64,000 nucleotides of DNA from Octopus sinensis (Eukaryota): contig NC_043009.1 of the NCBI RefSeq assembly GCF_006345805.1, positions 13,392,001-13,456,000 on the forward strand, read 5' to 3'. Shown one piece after another: positions 1 through 14,684 of this stretch. Numbering within the stretch: position 1 is the stretch's first letter; every line of letters begins with the position of its first letter. The translations under genes were made by a program, and so were the position numbers. The notes under the pieces were generated by a model, which made no database searches, was not told where the DNA came from, and was given only the letters and a program-made list of their open reading frames with translations.

Positions 1-213
1 TCATGTAACGGGAATGTAAACTGAAGCATTTATTTTCGGGAATATGCATGCATTCATTAAATAAGTATATACATACATACATACATTCTCATACGCGCAA
101 ACACACACACTCACACATACATATTGTGTTTGCGCCTTTAAACATACATAAGTCGTATTCCAAGTGAATTCTTTACTTGTCTAGAGCGTTATTGCATTAT
201 TGTGATAGCAAAA

Positions 214-531
214 GGCAGCGAGTTGGCAGAGTCGTTAGTACGCCGGGCGAAATGCTTACCGGTATTTCGTCTGCCGCTACGTTCTGAGTTCAAATTCCGC
301 CGAAGTCGACTTTGCCTTTCATCCTTTCGGGGTCGATTAAATAAGTACTATTTACGGTCTGGGGTCGATATAATCAACTTAATCCGTGTGTCTGTCCTTG
401 TTTGTCCTCTCTGTGTTTAGCCCCTTGGGGGTAGTAAAGATATAGGTATTACCAGTTACGCACTGGGCTCGATGTAATTTACTTAATCCGTTCGTCTGTC
501 CTTGTTTGTCCCCTATATGTTTAGCCCCTTG
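214..531 (+). mobile_element. tRNA-derived SINE family A, one copy plus partial 3' duplication
   Basis: A-box-like TGGCAGAGTCGTT, B-box GTTCAAATTCC, conserved body GCCTTTCATCCTTTCGGGGTCGAT (resembles the Meta/MESC SINE domain from memory, not verified), tail TTTAGCCCCTTG. The same sequence recurs at 1572, 1817, 36209 and 38565. Confidence 0.85.
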
Positions 532-639
532 TAAAATTCAAAGGCACAGAGTAACGTAAATTTCATAACAATTTTAGTCCCATATTTTGACATTTCGTTT
601 TCATTCAGCATCTACAATAAAAATATTACAGAGGAATGA

Positions 640-920
640 TGAAGATGAGGATGATGATGATGATGTTGATAATGAGAGAAAGAGAAAAAAAGATCATGGT
701 GAAGAAGATGAAAAGGAAGGAGTAGGCGGAGGAGGTGGAGAAGGAGAGAAAGAAGAAGAAGAAGAAGAAGAAGAAGAAGAAGAAGAAGAAGAAGAAGAAG
801 AAGAAGAAGAAGAGAAAGAAGAAAATTAAGGAAAGAGGAAAATATGATAATGATAACGCTGATGATGGAAAAAAAGAACAACAACAAAAACAACAACAAC
901 AACAACAGCAAAAGAAATAA
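640..920. repeat. Compound trinucleotide microsatellite (GAT)n/(GAA)n/(CAA)n
   Basis: Read directly; explains the poly-E, poly-K and poly-L ORFs. Confidence 0.95.
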
Positions 921-1571
921 GAATGGAAAAGTTGAAGAGCAATTATTCATATATCTTTGTATAATGACACATACAATAGAAGTTCATTGTATACATGTGA
1001 CTGTCATACCATTTCCAAAGACATTTCCAAGAATAACATCATTTCACTTGATATCAGACTCAGATTCGGTTAGATTTACTGCCACTCCAAGATATCCTCA
1101 TTTCACATCATATAATTTTAATAGTTCGGAATCCTAATTTATCAGACAGCTAAGACGAACATTGCGGCTAAAACGGTGATAACTGAATATCGTGTCCGCT
1201 TAAATCACACAGTTGAATAGTATTGTGTAATATGTATTACTGCATATCAGTAAAGTAAGCCTGAATGTTAGGCAAACACTGGAATATTTCATTTTAAATT
1301 TATGTCTCTGATTAACGAACAACAGACCTTGACAATATTTGATGTCATAACGGAGCGGTTATAATGATCGCTTCATAACCGATACACTCTGAGTTCGATG
1401 GAATGTCATGGAAATTTGAGAATGTATTTCACCCAGTGTTGTAAGAGAATTTGGATAGACAAAAACTGTGTGCAACTGTTAATCTATTGTCCTGTCTTGT
1501 TCAGTCGTTTTACACTCATTCAACGTAAGATATTAAGCTAACGTGACAAGTAAAGACGGTATTGATGGTAA

Positions 1572-2043
1572 GGCGGCGAGCTGGCAGAAACGTTAGCACG
1601 CCGGGCGAAATGCGTAGCCGTATTTCGTTTGCCGTTACGTTCTGAGTTCAACTTCCGCCGAGGTCGACTTTGCCTTTCATCCTTTCGGGGTCGATAAATT
1701 AAGTACCAGTTACGCACTGAGGTCGATGTAATCGACTTAATACCTATGTCTGTCCTTGTTTGTCCCTTCTGTGTTTAGCCCCTTGTGGGTAGTAAAGAAA
1801 TAGGTATTGATGGTAAGGCGGCGAGCTGGCAGAAACGTTAGCACGCCGGGCGAAATGCGTAGCCGTATTTCGTCTGCCGTTACGTTGTGAGTTCAAATTC
1901 CGCCGAGGTCGACTTTGCCTTTCATTCTTTCGGGGTCGATAAATTAAGTACCAGTTACGCACTGGGGTCGATGTAATCGACTTAATCCTTTTGTCTGTCC
2001 TTGTTTGTCCCCTCTGTGTTTAGCCCCTCGTGGGTAATAAATA
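1572..2043 (+). mobile_element. Two tandem full-length SINE family A copies (1572-1802, 1817-2043)
   Basis: Near-identical copies. The first is flanked by the 14-bp direct repeat GGTATTGATGGTAA (1558-1571, 1803-1816), consistent with a target site duplication. Confidence 0.9.
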
Positions 2044-2239
2044 AACATATATTAAGTTAACGTTACACGTCACTGCGGAATGAACCTTATTGAATATGTT
2101 AGCAAATATATTACTTTTGTTTAGAAAGAAGAGAGTGAAGGCAAACCCTAAATTAAGGGAATGCAAGAATTAATTGAAAGATGACAAAAGATAAAGATTT
2201 CCTTCAGCACGTATCACAATGATGCGATTATATAGGAAG

Positions 2240-3130
2240 CTACACATTCAACAGATGAGTGATAGGTGCGTGTCTGTTGACATGCATTTCTGGCTCTTTC
2301 ACGCACCAGAATCTTGATCTTCCAAGTATCTCGAGAGTTTTTCTGGTAGATTCATCACAGAAATTGGAGTGATAAAATAAAAACATGTCTGGAGAATCGC
2401 ACCCGATACGACAAAATGGAAGCCGTTGACTCAGCAGCGCAAATCCTGCAATAGCATCACGTGTGCAATGGAATCCTTTGCTCATCACATGATTCTCATG
2501 TTTCCCTATCTCCCAGGATAAGTAGCCAGAACTTATCACCTGATTTGCGATCTCGGAAGAATCAGCATGTATGCCGCCAGGGACAGTTGACATAAAACTT
2601 CTAGAAGAGGAGAGGGGTGATATATGTTTGCAATGCAGATAAATATCTGATCCAAGATGTAATAGTGGTTTGGGGATGTATACATAGGTAAGCTGGATTT
2701 GGTTGTATAAATGTTGGAGAATTTGAGCCAGAGAAGTGTGGAATCATTAGAACTAAAATTCAAGGCAGGAAGGGGAGACGCTATGCGCAAAACCCAAAGT
2801 TTGTAATGAAATCACTGCAGACAGTGTGTTCTGGACAGTAGATTTAGGTTGTAGATAGAAGGCGAACCATTTTGCATCTCAGGGAAAAATAGGATTTATG
2901 GTTTGTGTGTGAATAAGAGAGTATGTGTGAGACATACGATGGAGAAAAGGTCGTTGATATTTGAAAAGGTAACGGAAATTGGGCAAAGATTTTGGAGCCA
3001 ACATTTACGTTTAAGGAAGGAAATGCGTGGAAAGATCACGTAAATCCCCAGAACGAAGGCCTGGACCAAATACTTGTAACAAACTCCGCTATAGAAAAGA
3101 ACTGTCTCATGGAACTGTCGAATCTTTATG
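2240..3130 (-). mobile_element. Decayed APE-type non-LTR retrotransposon RT fragment (CR1/L2/Jockey-like)
   Basis: Minus-strand peptides LKFSNIYTTKSSLP and NIYHPSPLLEVL resemble the RT N-terminal LFN..L..S.FP / NYRPISLL motifs. Many stops and frameshifts. Confidence 0.5.
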
Positions 3131-3165
3131 CCCTCCAACGCCGTTGACTGTTGAACAATGTATAT

Positions 3166-3574
3166 ACTCTTTTACTCTCTTTTACTTGTTTCAGTCATTT
3201 GACTGCGGGCATGCTGGAGCACCGCCTTCTAGTCGAGTAAATCGACCCCAGGACTTATTCTTTGTAAGCCTAGTACTTATTCTATCAGTCTGTTTTGCTG
3301 AACCGCTAAGTTACGGGACATAAACACACCACCATCGCTTGTCAAGCAATGGTGGGGCGACAAACACAGACACACAAACATATACATACATACACATATA
3401 TATACATGTATACGACGGGTTTCTTCCAGTTTCCGTCTACCAAATCCACTCAAGGCATTGGTCGGCCCGAGGCTATAGTAGAAGAGACTTGTCCAAGGTG
3501 CCACGCAGTGGGAATGAACGCGGAACCATGTGGTTGGTCAGCAAGCTACTTACCACACAGCCACTCCTGCGCCT
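3166..3574 (-). mobile_element. tRNA-derived SINE family B, full length
   Basis: On the minus strand: head AGGCGCAGGAGTGGCTGTGTGGTAAG, CORE-like CCTTGGACAAGT, body GGATTTGGTAGACGGAAACTG, internal microsatellite, tail GACTGAAACAAGTAAAAGAG. About 10 relatives occur in the window. Confidence 0.9.
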
Positions 3575-3666
3575 GTTTCTGAAAAAAAAAGATGCAGAAG
3601 TAGGCAGATTTAACCCAAACATCGTGTATCTATATAATATCTATCTGTTTCTCTCTCCCTCTCTCT

Positions 3667-3705
<39 letters not shown>

Positions 3706-6014
3706 CTATTTATCTATCTATCTCATATCTCTTCTGCTTGGCTACACCTGTTGATATTTTAAAGTTTAGTGAAAATTCGTCATATTGGGGTAATTATCTG
3801 CGCTGAATCTCACTTTATCCAGAATTTTTTTTAAAAGAAGATACAATGGTTGAATGTTTGATAATTTTTACCCAGTCAAAAATCAGGATTCGGAAGATTT
3901 CCTTTTTGTGCGTGACGGCACATTTTTGTGCTTGACGGTGTTGTGAAATGTAAACATGAAATATTAGCGGAATTCTGCTTTATGCAGGCCACATAACACA
4001 TCATAATTTCTTTTTCTTTTGGGAATTTTCAGAAATTTTTTGTGAATTTGTATTCTACTCAGGGGAATTATTTCGCTTGTGATTTAAAGCCTATTTAGCT
4101 GTTAATTTTAGCACATCTCATACCACATGCGTTTTAAGCATTTAATAAGCGACAAAAAGAAAACGTCGTGCGCAGCCTTGTAACGACTTGTTACTATGGA
4201 AACAGGCACGAATCTGTGGCTTTCGGTTGGCTAGAATTACCCAACATTTGCAAACTTTAAAAGTTATTAACTTATTCTATATTGATTTATGGTAAAAATA
4301 AATTTTATGTCAATAATTTCTTCACAGAAGTACAACAGTACGCCGAATATGAAATCAAATATTAAAGAAACTAAAACGCTAAATATATATTACATGGGAA
4401 AATGCGAGCAAGAGATATAATATTCTTAAGATTATAAACCAGGAAAATTACACGACGATTTATTACACATGGAAAAGTTCAGGACAACTTATCACAGTTG
4501 GTGAATTCAATTTTTAATTATCAATTAATAATTAGAAATTTGAAAATAAGTTATAAAAATAATAGTAGTACATAATTAGTTAATATAATAAATAGAATAC
4601 TCCAAAATTTAGATATATGTTACAGTCAAATCTAACTATAACATCAAATTCACAAGTTATTGCTAAGTCTAATGTCCATTTTTTGCATAATGAATTTGCC
4701 TACCATATATACTCTACTACTTTACATAAAACTTTAGCTATATTGGTACTTATGGCTCTCCTTTTTTAAGTATTCTAGTGTGTCAATGTTTTAACAAAAT
4801 GATGGTACCTTTTTAGATTATAATGTTACTTTGCAAATTAAAATCAAATAATTTTTAATAATCAAATTTTACCCTTAGCTGCAATATTTTAAGTAAAAGT
4901 TTTCTTCACTGTACTTCACCACACGTAATAAAATTTCCTGAACTTTTCCATGAGTAATAACTTGTCCTGTAATTTTCCAGGTTTATAATCTTAAGAATAT
5001 TATTTCTTTTGCTCGCATTTTTCCATGTAACCCATGTTTTTCACAGGCTATGTTATTATGCTAATTAATAATGTGGCAAATGTGTCAATTAGCGGTGCCG
5101 TGGATAAATTTTACCTTACCTCAATGACACAGGTGACATATATTAAAACTTCCCCTCAAGGAACTATATTTATAAAAAAGGATAGAACTATATTATCACC
5201 CTCAAATTTGAGACACAAACACATAAGTTTTCTTTGAAAACTTCATTGCATGAAATTCCTCGAATTGAGCTCTATCATTTAAGCTTGATTAAAATATAGT
5301 TTGTTTTTAAAGTAAAGTTAATAATACTTAAATCCAATTTTGTGCTTTACTTAAATTTTTTCTCATATAATTTTAATACAAAATTTTGTTGCATGGGAAC
5401 AAATCTATGAAATTTTTCATGCTTTCTTCTATCATTGAAGCTAATTTGCTTTTCAAATAAAAATTTATTTCGATCTCAACTTGATTGGTGGCGTTACTTA
5501 ATCTATTATAACGTTGCTAAAAATGTTGATGTAACCTTTTTTCTACTGGATCATGTCTTCATTTTGTTACGGCAAAATGTATCTACTAATCTGACCCTAT
5601 CAAAAATGTTAACAGTCTTCAATTTCGTTAAGAACTGTATTAGTGACAAGCTCTGAAAGAGGTTGCGTGTGAGTAAATTGCAGCCTTAAGAATAGTATAC
5701 AACTACTACTGTAGTTGAATTATATATATATATATATCTATATATATATATATATATGAGAAGAAAGTAAATGAAACTCTCACACACTCACACTCATTAA
5801 CTTGCATTATTTATTACAACATATCTCTCAGTGTTTATATATGTACACACATACACACACACGTATATATATATATATATACATGTGTGTGTGTGTATAC
5901 ATTCATACATATATATATATATGTGTGTGTGTGTATAGATAGATATAGATATAAATAGGTAGATAGATACACACACACACGCATATATATATGTACATTT
6001 ATATATATTCTTTT

Positions 6015-6120
6015 GTTATTTTCAATCATTCAACTGCTGCCATGCTGGGGCTACGTGGTGGAACAGAACCTCGAACCATGTTGTTGGGAAGCAAGCTTCT
6101 CACCACAAAGTCATGCCTTC
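6015..6120 (-). mobile_element. SINE family B, internally deleted remnant
   Basis: Tail and head segments of family B are joined directly. Confidence 0.55.
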
Positions 6121-6174
6121 TAAATTGTATATGAATATATATGCATATACATACATATATGATATATGTATGTG

Positions 6175-6236
<62 letters not shown>

Positions 6237-6868
6237 TGTTGTAATAAATAATGCAAGTTTATGAGTGTATTTGGGTGTAGCTGTGTATGTCTCATTTAAT
6301 ATCTTATCAAATAACATAAAAGAAATAACATAAACAAATTAGAATATTTCCTTCAAAGTGCACTTCGTTTCTATTAAAACACTAATTTAGAAGGAAAATA
6401 TGTTTGAAGTTTATTATCATAGACAGATACTCATATATACATCATCACTAGAAATATGTATACAAATGTTTATATATAACAGAGCAATATTCGAACTTCG
6501 TTACAGCTGAATAAATCCATCGATCACTAAAACTTGGTGATTTAAGTCATTCTTATGATCCTCTGTAGAATAATTTACTATTTACATTCATTATGATTCT
6601 TCAATTTGCATATATATATATATTTGTAGTGCTCTCGCTTTGTGACAACATACATCCACAAACGGATACGCATACACAGTCGAACGCGCACACACATACA
6701 CGCACACACGAGATGCGCATATACAAAAACACGCACCTATATACATACATGCATATATGAGTAGGTATGTAACCATATATACGTGTATATATATGTAAGT
6801 ATATACATATAATGTATATATATAAATATATTTAACGCATATATATATATAGATATATATATATACAC

Positions 6869-6923
<55 letters not shown>

Positions 6924-7062
6924 TATATGTATATGTATGTGTATGAATATGTATATATACAATACATGCATACGTAGTACTCATATTTTGTAATATTCGG
7001 CACAAATATCAATATATGATATTTTAATAGAGTTATTTCAAAGTTTCTCTGTCTGTCTGTCA

Positions 7063-7132
<70 letters not shown>

Positions 7133-7724
7133 CTGAGTCTAGCAGTGTGTGTCTGTTAATTGTGATGTAGTTTTATTGCATACATTTAAGCATACGTTCA
7201 GTCTCACTTAAACATTATTAAATCACAAGTTCGTGGTGCTTGTACTGAGCCAACGATGGACTTACTGCCACCTTTCTTTTCTTTCTATAGCCTGAAAGGA
7301 GCTTATAACTACAAAAGTAAAATGGACATTCGTTAAATGTATTGATTTGCACATTCACATCTCACTACATTCGTTAGAAGTATGTAGTAGATAATTAATT
7401 TATGAAGGCAATATTTCAAGGTCATTGAGTAAATAGATTCCAAAGGTATATCACACAGAATAATTAGAAGGCGAGACTGGACATAGTCAAGTTTTTTCTA
7501 CACATATGCTGTCTTAATAAGCCAGTACTATTCATTCGTATATATATATATGTATATATATATAACGGATAAAATTTTTCGAAAAAAATCTATCTATAAG
7601 CGTGCTTATAGTGATGAATTATATGGTTAGTGACGATGTGTCTATTTTCGGTATATTTGGCATTAGAATTTTTTTCTGTTGCCCTTGTTTATAAGTTGTA
7701 TATATATATATACATCCATTGATA

Positions 7725-7960
7725 TCGGCTACCGTGGCTTTCCATCAGGATCACTGAGTTCCAGACCTATCTTCCTGCAGAACAAAGGTCTGGCATTGAA
7801 GAAAGCCAAGGAAACAGGCTCAGCAGCTAAAACTAGCTCAAGCTAGTTAGAGTTGAGAAGAGACCGAAAATGGGACCTGTCAATAGATGGAGACTACCTC
7901 ATTTCTCGCTGCCTTCTCAGGCAAAGCGTATAGGCTAAGAGACAAAACGCTTGTGACTGT
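7725..7960 (+). mobile_element. RLE-type LINE 3' end fragment (HERO-like)
   Basis: Translation IDIGYRGFPSGS...KKAKETGSAAKTSSS*LELRRDRKW resembles the C-terminal EVGCRGF...AAE.SS.WLWL.R motif of HERO-type RLE LINEs. Confidence 0.55.
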
Positions 7961-8071
7961 TAGATATATAGGGGCTTCTAACATTGCAATGGATTTAGAA
8001 AAGCTTCAAACCTTCAATAGCTGCCGCAGAATATGTGTAAGACATAGTAACCCTGTGTAAGACATGGTATC

Positions 8072-8118
<47 letters not shown>

Positions 8119-8832
8119 TGTGTGTGTGTGTGTGTCTGTGTGTGTGCTTGTGTGAAGTGTGTGGATATTTTAGTGGGTCGTTATTAGCTTCGTGTTTGCT
8201 GTAGCTATATTGGCTGAATTGTGTGTTAAATAATAACAAATCTTACGTATTGCTGTAGAATAAGATAGAAATCAGATGGACTTTAGTTACAGCTGATTTC
8301 ATACATTGATCACCAAAGTTTATTGATTTAAGACGTAGAAAACATAATAATTTTAAAAATATCAATAACATTCAATCAAAATGTAATAGTCAATTTACTT
8401 ATTCCATAACCAATTCACACAAGCTTTAGAAAGCAAGTGTGTGTGTATGTATGGGCGTGTAAATGTATATATTTGCATATGTTTGTGCATGTGTATGAGT
8501 GTGTATTTCGTTTCATGTGTCTTTAATCATATATGTCTATCGTGTTTTGGTGATGTCTAAGTGAATATGTTTTTGAAGAGTTTTGTGTGAAAAAACTATA
8601 TGCATAAATGAATTTGAGGTTTACATTTGTTTCTGTGCAATCATGTGTATTTCTATGATATTTTTAATTATTTATGTGTTTCTATATCCATATGTGATTA
8701 GACATTAACTACAAAGCAGAGAAGTTAATCTCTAAGTGAAATCTTTGGTAGATTTATGGATTTTTAAAATGCTTTCAACTTCCTGTTTTGTTGTACTATA
8801 TCTAATATGTAAAATTCAGAAATACAAACATA

Positions 8833-9216
<384 letters not shown>

Positions 9217-9659
9217 ATATACATACATTCAGAGAGCTAGCTAGCTAGATAAATACATATACACAATTATACCTATATATATATTTAATAAGAGTGTTAG
9301 ACGAATATTCAGCATTTCAAGAAGAGGAAAACTCATAATGCAACATGTCTCTAAAATCATCATCAGCATTTATCATGATTTTTGTTTATCGCCTAGAAGC
9401 TAAACGTATTACGTATGTAAAATTTTTCATTCATACGTAATAGTATGGCGTGGGAGAAGCACGATCTAAGTGTATTTGTTGATTTTTTTGTTTCTTTCGT
9501 TTTGCTGCCAATGTCATTCTCGAGTCTCAATTTTATACGCGAAGGAGGCAGAAAGGGAGAAATAAAGAAAGAATGTTATAATAATCACCATTGTATTGTC
9601 TCCATGTACTTGCTCTTAGGCTTTGTCCATAGGATCAATGGTAATAAGATTTGTTAAAT

Positions 9660-9985
9660 TCCTTCGGTCACGATTGACCATGGGATTGCACCTAGAAAGT
9701 TACCCTCCCAGGAACAAGTCCTGGAAGGTTGTTTATGGAAAACCAGCACTCGCCCATGTACACCAGCCTACCCTCTCCACGTCACCGATGTTACCCAAGG
9801 GAAAGGCAAGGGCCTATACAGCTTGGCACCTGTGACGTTGCAACTCATTTATACAGATGAGTGAACTGGAGCAACGTGAAATAAAGTGTTTTGCTCAAGA
9901 ACACAACACAGCCCGGTCCGGGAATCGAACTCACAACCTCAAGTTCGTAAGTTCGACGCTCTAACCACTGAGCCATGTGCCTTCT
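9660..9985 (-). mobile_element. tRNA-derived SINE family C (CORE-like)
   Basis: Minus-strand head GGCACATGGCTCAGTGGTTAGAGCG...GTTCGATTCCC with A and B boxes, followed by CORE-like CTTGAGCAAAACACTTTATTTCACGTTGCTCCAG. Confidence 0.75.
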
Positions 9986-11070
9986 TCTCAGTATAATCAC
10001 CTAAGAATCAATGCGTTGATGACATATTTTGTTCCTAAACCAAGAAGGTATGGTACAGCGGAATTTTGAAACGTTCCAGTTTATCACATACAATGTAAAA
10101 TAGTTAATGGATAAAATTTGATAAACCAAATTGCTTTTTTTTTGTTTTTGTTTGGGTGGGGGGCTTAAGTCATGGCATTCTCTTCACAGTTAATATATGT
10201 AATATTATTATTAAGTTATCATAAAGTTTAAAGACAAATCTCAGGTTGTTAGTTTGGGAAAATTAGTGCAGCGGAGCAAATGTTAACTCTAAGAAACGCA
10301 TAGGTCGGGCGAATGATAATAAAAAGATAAAAAAGTGGACAGGCTTTTATATATGACGTCAAATCATTTAAAGATATGTTGCATAAGGATAAATATAATT
10401 TAGAAGAAAAACTTTTCCAGAATTCAATGACTGAATCGTAGCCTAATGTTGCAAACAGGTGAAAGCAATGATTCGATTATACTTAGCGAAAAAAAACGTG
10501 CGATTCGTCCATAAATTCAAGCTTTACGCGTCACATCACCGAAGCTTTTAAGCAGACGGAAGACATGCAAAGAAAATATAGAAGCAGTAAATATTACATC
10601 AAAAAGGCATCACAGCAACAAAAGACGTGGGAATAAGAGTACAACAAACATGTAATACGGTGATGTTAATAAGGCTAAGAGGTTAAAAGCAAACTTGAAT
10701 TGTTAAAAGAGAGGGAGAAAGGTTAGTTTAAAGATAGATAATAAAAGAATAAAAAGAAAAAAATGCAGTAGGAAAAGGCAATTATAAATATACACCTGGA
10801 ACAATATAGGGTGAAGACAAAAGGTTAAATAAGAGTATTAAGAAGGAAGAGATTAAGGAAGAAATTGGTATATATCTATGTAAATGTCAGACTTAATTTC
10901 TAGCAACCTGCATAATTTATAAGAATCCAGGTGTGCAGAACCTACGAAAGTTGTAATCGATATCTAAGAATATTTAATGAGTAATGAGACGAAATAAGGA
11001 GACCGCATAAAGTGAAAATTTGCAATTGGAAAGGTGTAACGAGGAGCTTTAAAACTTTCTTCATCTAATA

Positions 11071-11587
11071 CTAGCAGTATCACCCGGCGTTGCTCGGGTT
11101 TGTAAGGGAAATAACTATATAAGCATTTTTAGAGAGTTACTTCCCTTATAGATGCCAATTCGGGCTTTCTTAGCCATTTATGTTTTGGTGTTTTCAAGCC
11201 ATGAAGTCGTTGTTCTAAAAGGACGCTGGTCTCCTTGACAACGCATTACGACGTTGATTTCCTTAAACTCCCTTCCCCACAGCTTCACGAGGGAGGGAAG
11301 AAGGGGGAGAAGCAAACATAGGTGCAGGTGTTTGAGCGTGGACGCCAACTCCGCCGCCATCGACACACGAAAAATTATGCATTAAAATGGAATAAAAAAT
11401 GATGTTAAATTATTTTTAAAATCGTAGACTCATCGTAGACGCGCGCTAATACTCAGACGGGCTCGATATGAATCACGACTATAAGATACCCGAATTTGGT
11501 TAAACTGCACCGCAAAATGTGGGAGTAGTTAGGAATCTAAATCGAAGGGGACAGACACTCACACAACTACAGTTTTATATATATAGA
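11071..11587 (-). mobile_element. Non-autonomous Helitron, 517 bp
   Basis: Minus-strand 5' end A|TCTATATATATAAAA, 3' hairpin CCCGAGCAACGCCGGG then CTAG|T. Inserted between A and T with no TSD, the canonical Helitron termini. Confidence 0.85.
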
Positions 11588-11966
11588 TATAAAATAGAGA
11601 TGTGTGTGTATTCGCTTTTCGGCGAAAACGGCTTCACCAATTGTTTCCATACTTGTGATGCGTGAATAATTTTACCTCGGACATATGTTAAGCTCTTCAT
11701 TTGAGTTTTTTCTTACTTAAAAAAAAAATATTGCTTTATAGTTATGATAAACTTCTTTAAAAACGTTTCTCAAACGTTTACTGGTGTAAACACAGCGACA
11801 TCTCACACTCTCTATTTTAATGTTCGCTGTTTGGAAACAACTACGATAAATTACTGAAAGAAATATTTACAAAGTTCACAAATTTAAATATTCGGTACAA
11901 GATTTTAACGTGCTTTTATTTATACGATTTTTTCATTTCATGTTTATCTCATTCATTGTTCGCAAT

Positions 11967-12003
<37 letters not shown>

Positions 12004-12017
12004 CTCTCTCTCTATCG

Positions 12018-12128
<111 letters not shown>

Positions 12129-12653
12129 CAAGTTTGATTTCGTTCGGAACTCGAACACTTCGTTAATTTCTGTAAAAATTTATATTTATTTTCTTTTTGC
12201 AGCCATGTTCATCTCTGTGTTTGTAATCAGTCACACACTCTCACGTGTGTTTTTGTATGTACGTTTGTATACATTTATGTATGCATGCGTGTGTGTGTGA
12301 GAGAGAGAGAGAGAGAGTGCGTGAAGGAGCGTGTTTGTCATGTATACGTACATACATAAATACATATGCATACATCTTTCTTGTATGTATGTGTGCCTGT
12401 GTGAGAGAGAGAGAGATGACTAACTGACACTCTCGCACACACACACATGCACATTCTTCCTCTCTCCCACACACACGCACACATACATGCAAGAAAGATT
12501 TATGCCTATTTATTTATGTATGTATTCAATCATATCAAAGGGAAATGGAATTTAATTAAAGTTAAAAACATTCAATCAAAAATTACATTTCCAGTGGTCC
12601 AATGCGTAAAAAAATTTTAGTCAAAAAGACTATATATTAGTTATTAGTCATAA

Positions 12654-12817
12654 GATATAGTGTATATTTAAATACATAGAGAATCCATTTATAGGGATTC
12701 TACGTGCTAGAAAGAATAGCTAAGTTGTATAACCACCAAAAATTGGGGATAAGATTCTTTCTAGCGCGTAGAACCCCTATAAGTGGATTCTCTATGTATT
12801 TAAATATACACTATATC
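12654..12817. repeat. Inverted repeat, ~64-bp arms and 36-bp spacer (MITE-like fold-back)
   Basis: 12654-12717 is the reverse complement of 12754-12817 apart from a few mismatches. Confidence 0.85.
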
Positions 12818-12989
12818 GTATTTGTGTATGTATATATACATGACAAAACACCCTTTCACTCGCTCTCTCCCTCTGTCTGTCTGTCTGTGTCTCTCTCTCT
12901 CTCACACACGTCTATTTCATCGGATGTTTGATACTGTATGTGTATGTGTATATCTGTGTTTGCATGCGGGCGGGCGGCGTCCCACTATC

Positions 12990-14284
12990 GCCAGGAAAAG
13001 GCAGAAGAATTTTTGTCTTGATGCTCCAGGTGACACAAGTAAAACATTTGCAACATTGCTTCTCTCCTAGGTAAGGGAACAAATAAAAATTACAGTTGCT
13101 GTACTATTGTCTGGCTTTGCTGCCACCATTCTCCCAGGAGAACGAGCAGTTAATTCCGCTTTAAAATTACCACTAAAACTGATCACAAATGATAGTTCAA
13201 TTTGTAACATAAGCAAAACTTTAGGTTCAGCAGAAATTTTGTGACAATGCCACCTTATCATTTGGGATGAATGTCACATAGAGGTGCAGTAGAAGCTCTT
13301 GGTAAGACTTTACAGGACATCAAAGGCAACAATAAATCTATGGGAGGAGTTACAGTAGTTTTATCAAGAGACTTCAAACAAACATTACCATTCATTCCTA
13401 GACGAACAAGATCTGATGAAATAAAAACATGCATTAAGTCTTCACACCTATGGAAAAAAGTACTGAAATTCTCCTACAAATATTAACGTGTGAGCTTTAT
13501 AAAATGAGGATCAATGCGCAAAGCAATTTTCAACCTGGCTCCTCCAATCAGGAAATGGGAAAGTACTATTTGATGGGAATGGTGATATCATGGTGAATTC
13601 TCCAATTGAAATGAAGAATAGGATATTTCCAGACTTAAGTAATAATTATAATTCACATAAATGGTTGTGTAAAAGGGCAATTCTTACGGCAAACAAATAA
13701 GACAGTTGCAAGGATTAACCATGAATTAATTGAATACGATTCCAACAGACTTTAAAAAGTACAACTCAGTTGATAAATCCTCGACCATCATTACTCAACA
13801 GAGTTCCTTAATTCTCTTGAGCCAAATGGAATTCCTCCACATAAACTTTTTCTGGGGGTAGGTGTCCCAATAATGCTTCTAAGAAATGTAGATACTCTTA
13901 AATTGTGAACTGGTGCAAGGTTGATTGTGAAGACATTATCACCTAATGTGACAAAAGCTACCATCATCACTGGATGTGCTCCTGGGGAAGAGGTTTTCAT
14001 TCGAAGAATTCCAATCAAACTAAGAGACATGCCATCTGAGGTACAATTCTCAGTGCGACTTTTGCTTTGCAATGTCTATCAATAAAGCTCAGGGGCAGAC
14101 TTTGAAATCTACTGCCTTGCTTTTCTCATGGTCAACTCTTTTTGTAGCTCCAGGTAGGTAGTTCGCAAGACTTATTTATCTATGCTCCAAACAAGAAAAC
14201 AAAAAATGTTGTTTACCCAGAAGATCTTACGTTTATGGTAGAATTTATCTCCTTTCATAAAAGTCGTAAACTTTGTAACTTCGC

Positions 14285-14319
<35 letters not shown>

Positions 14320-14422
14320 GTTGTTGTTGTTGTTGTTGTTATTACTATTATTATTATTATTATTATCTTTTATCTATTATTATTATTATTATTATTATTA
14401 TTTTTATTTTTATTATTATTTT

Positions 14423-14457
<35 letters not shown>

Positions 14458-14684
14458 ATATTATTATTATTATTGTTATTATTATTATTATTAATATTAT
14501 TATTATTTTTATTACCTTGTATTATGAATTCAGAACTGATTTCCCGGTTAAAAAATAAATTGTATCCCATTTAAAGAATAAATTGAATTTAGAATAATAA
14601 ATTTCTATGCAGCATATTTGGCTTTTTTCTTCGAATACATTAGGAAAAATTTCATTCCCGGGCAACTCGGGGTGCCTCTGCTAG
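12990..14684 (+). mobile_element. Helitron remnant: PIF1-like helicase pseudogene plus intact 3' end
   Basis: Fragments FCLDAPGDTSKTF (Walker A region), GGVTVVLSRDFKQTLP, EFLNSLEPNGIPPHKL, IMLLRN and CFAMSINKAQGQT match RepHel helicase motifs. 3' hairpin CCCGGGCAACTCGGG and CTAG|T at 14681-14685. Confidence 0.9.
14285..14515. repeat. (ATT)n/(GTT)n microsatellite within the Helitron 3' region
   Basis: Read directly. Confidence 0.9.
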
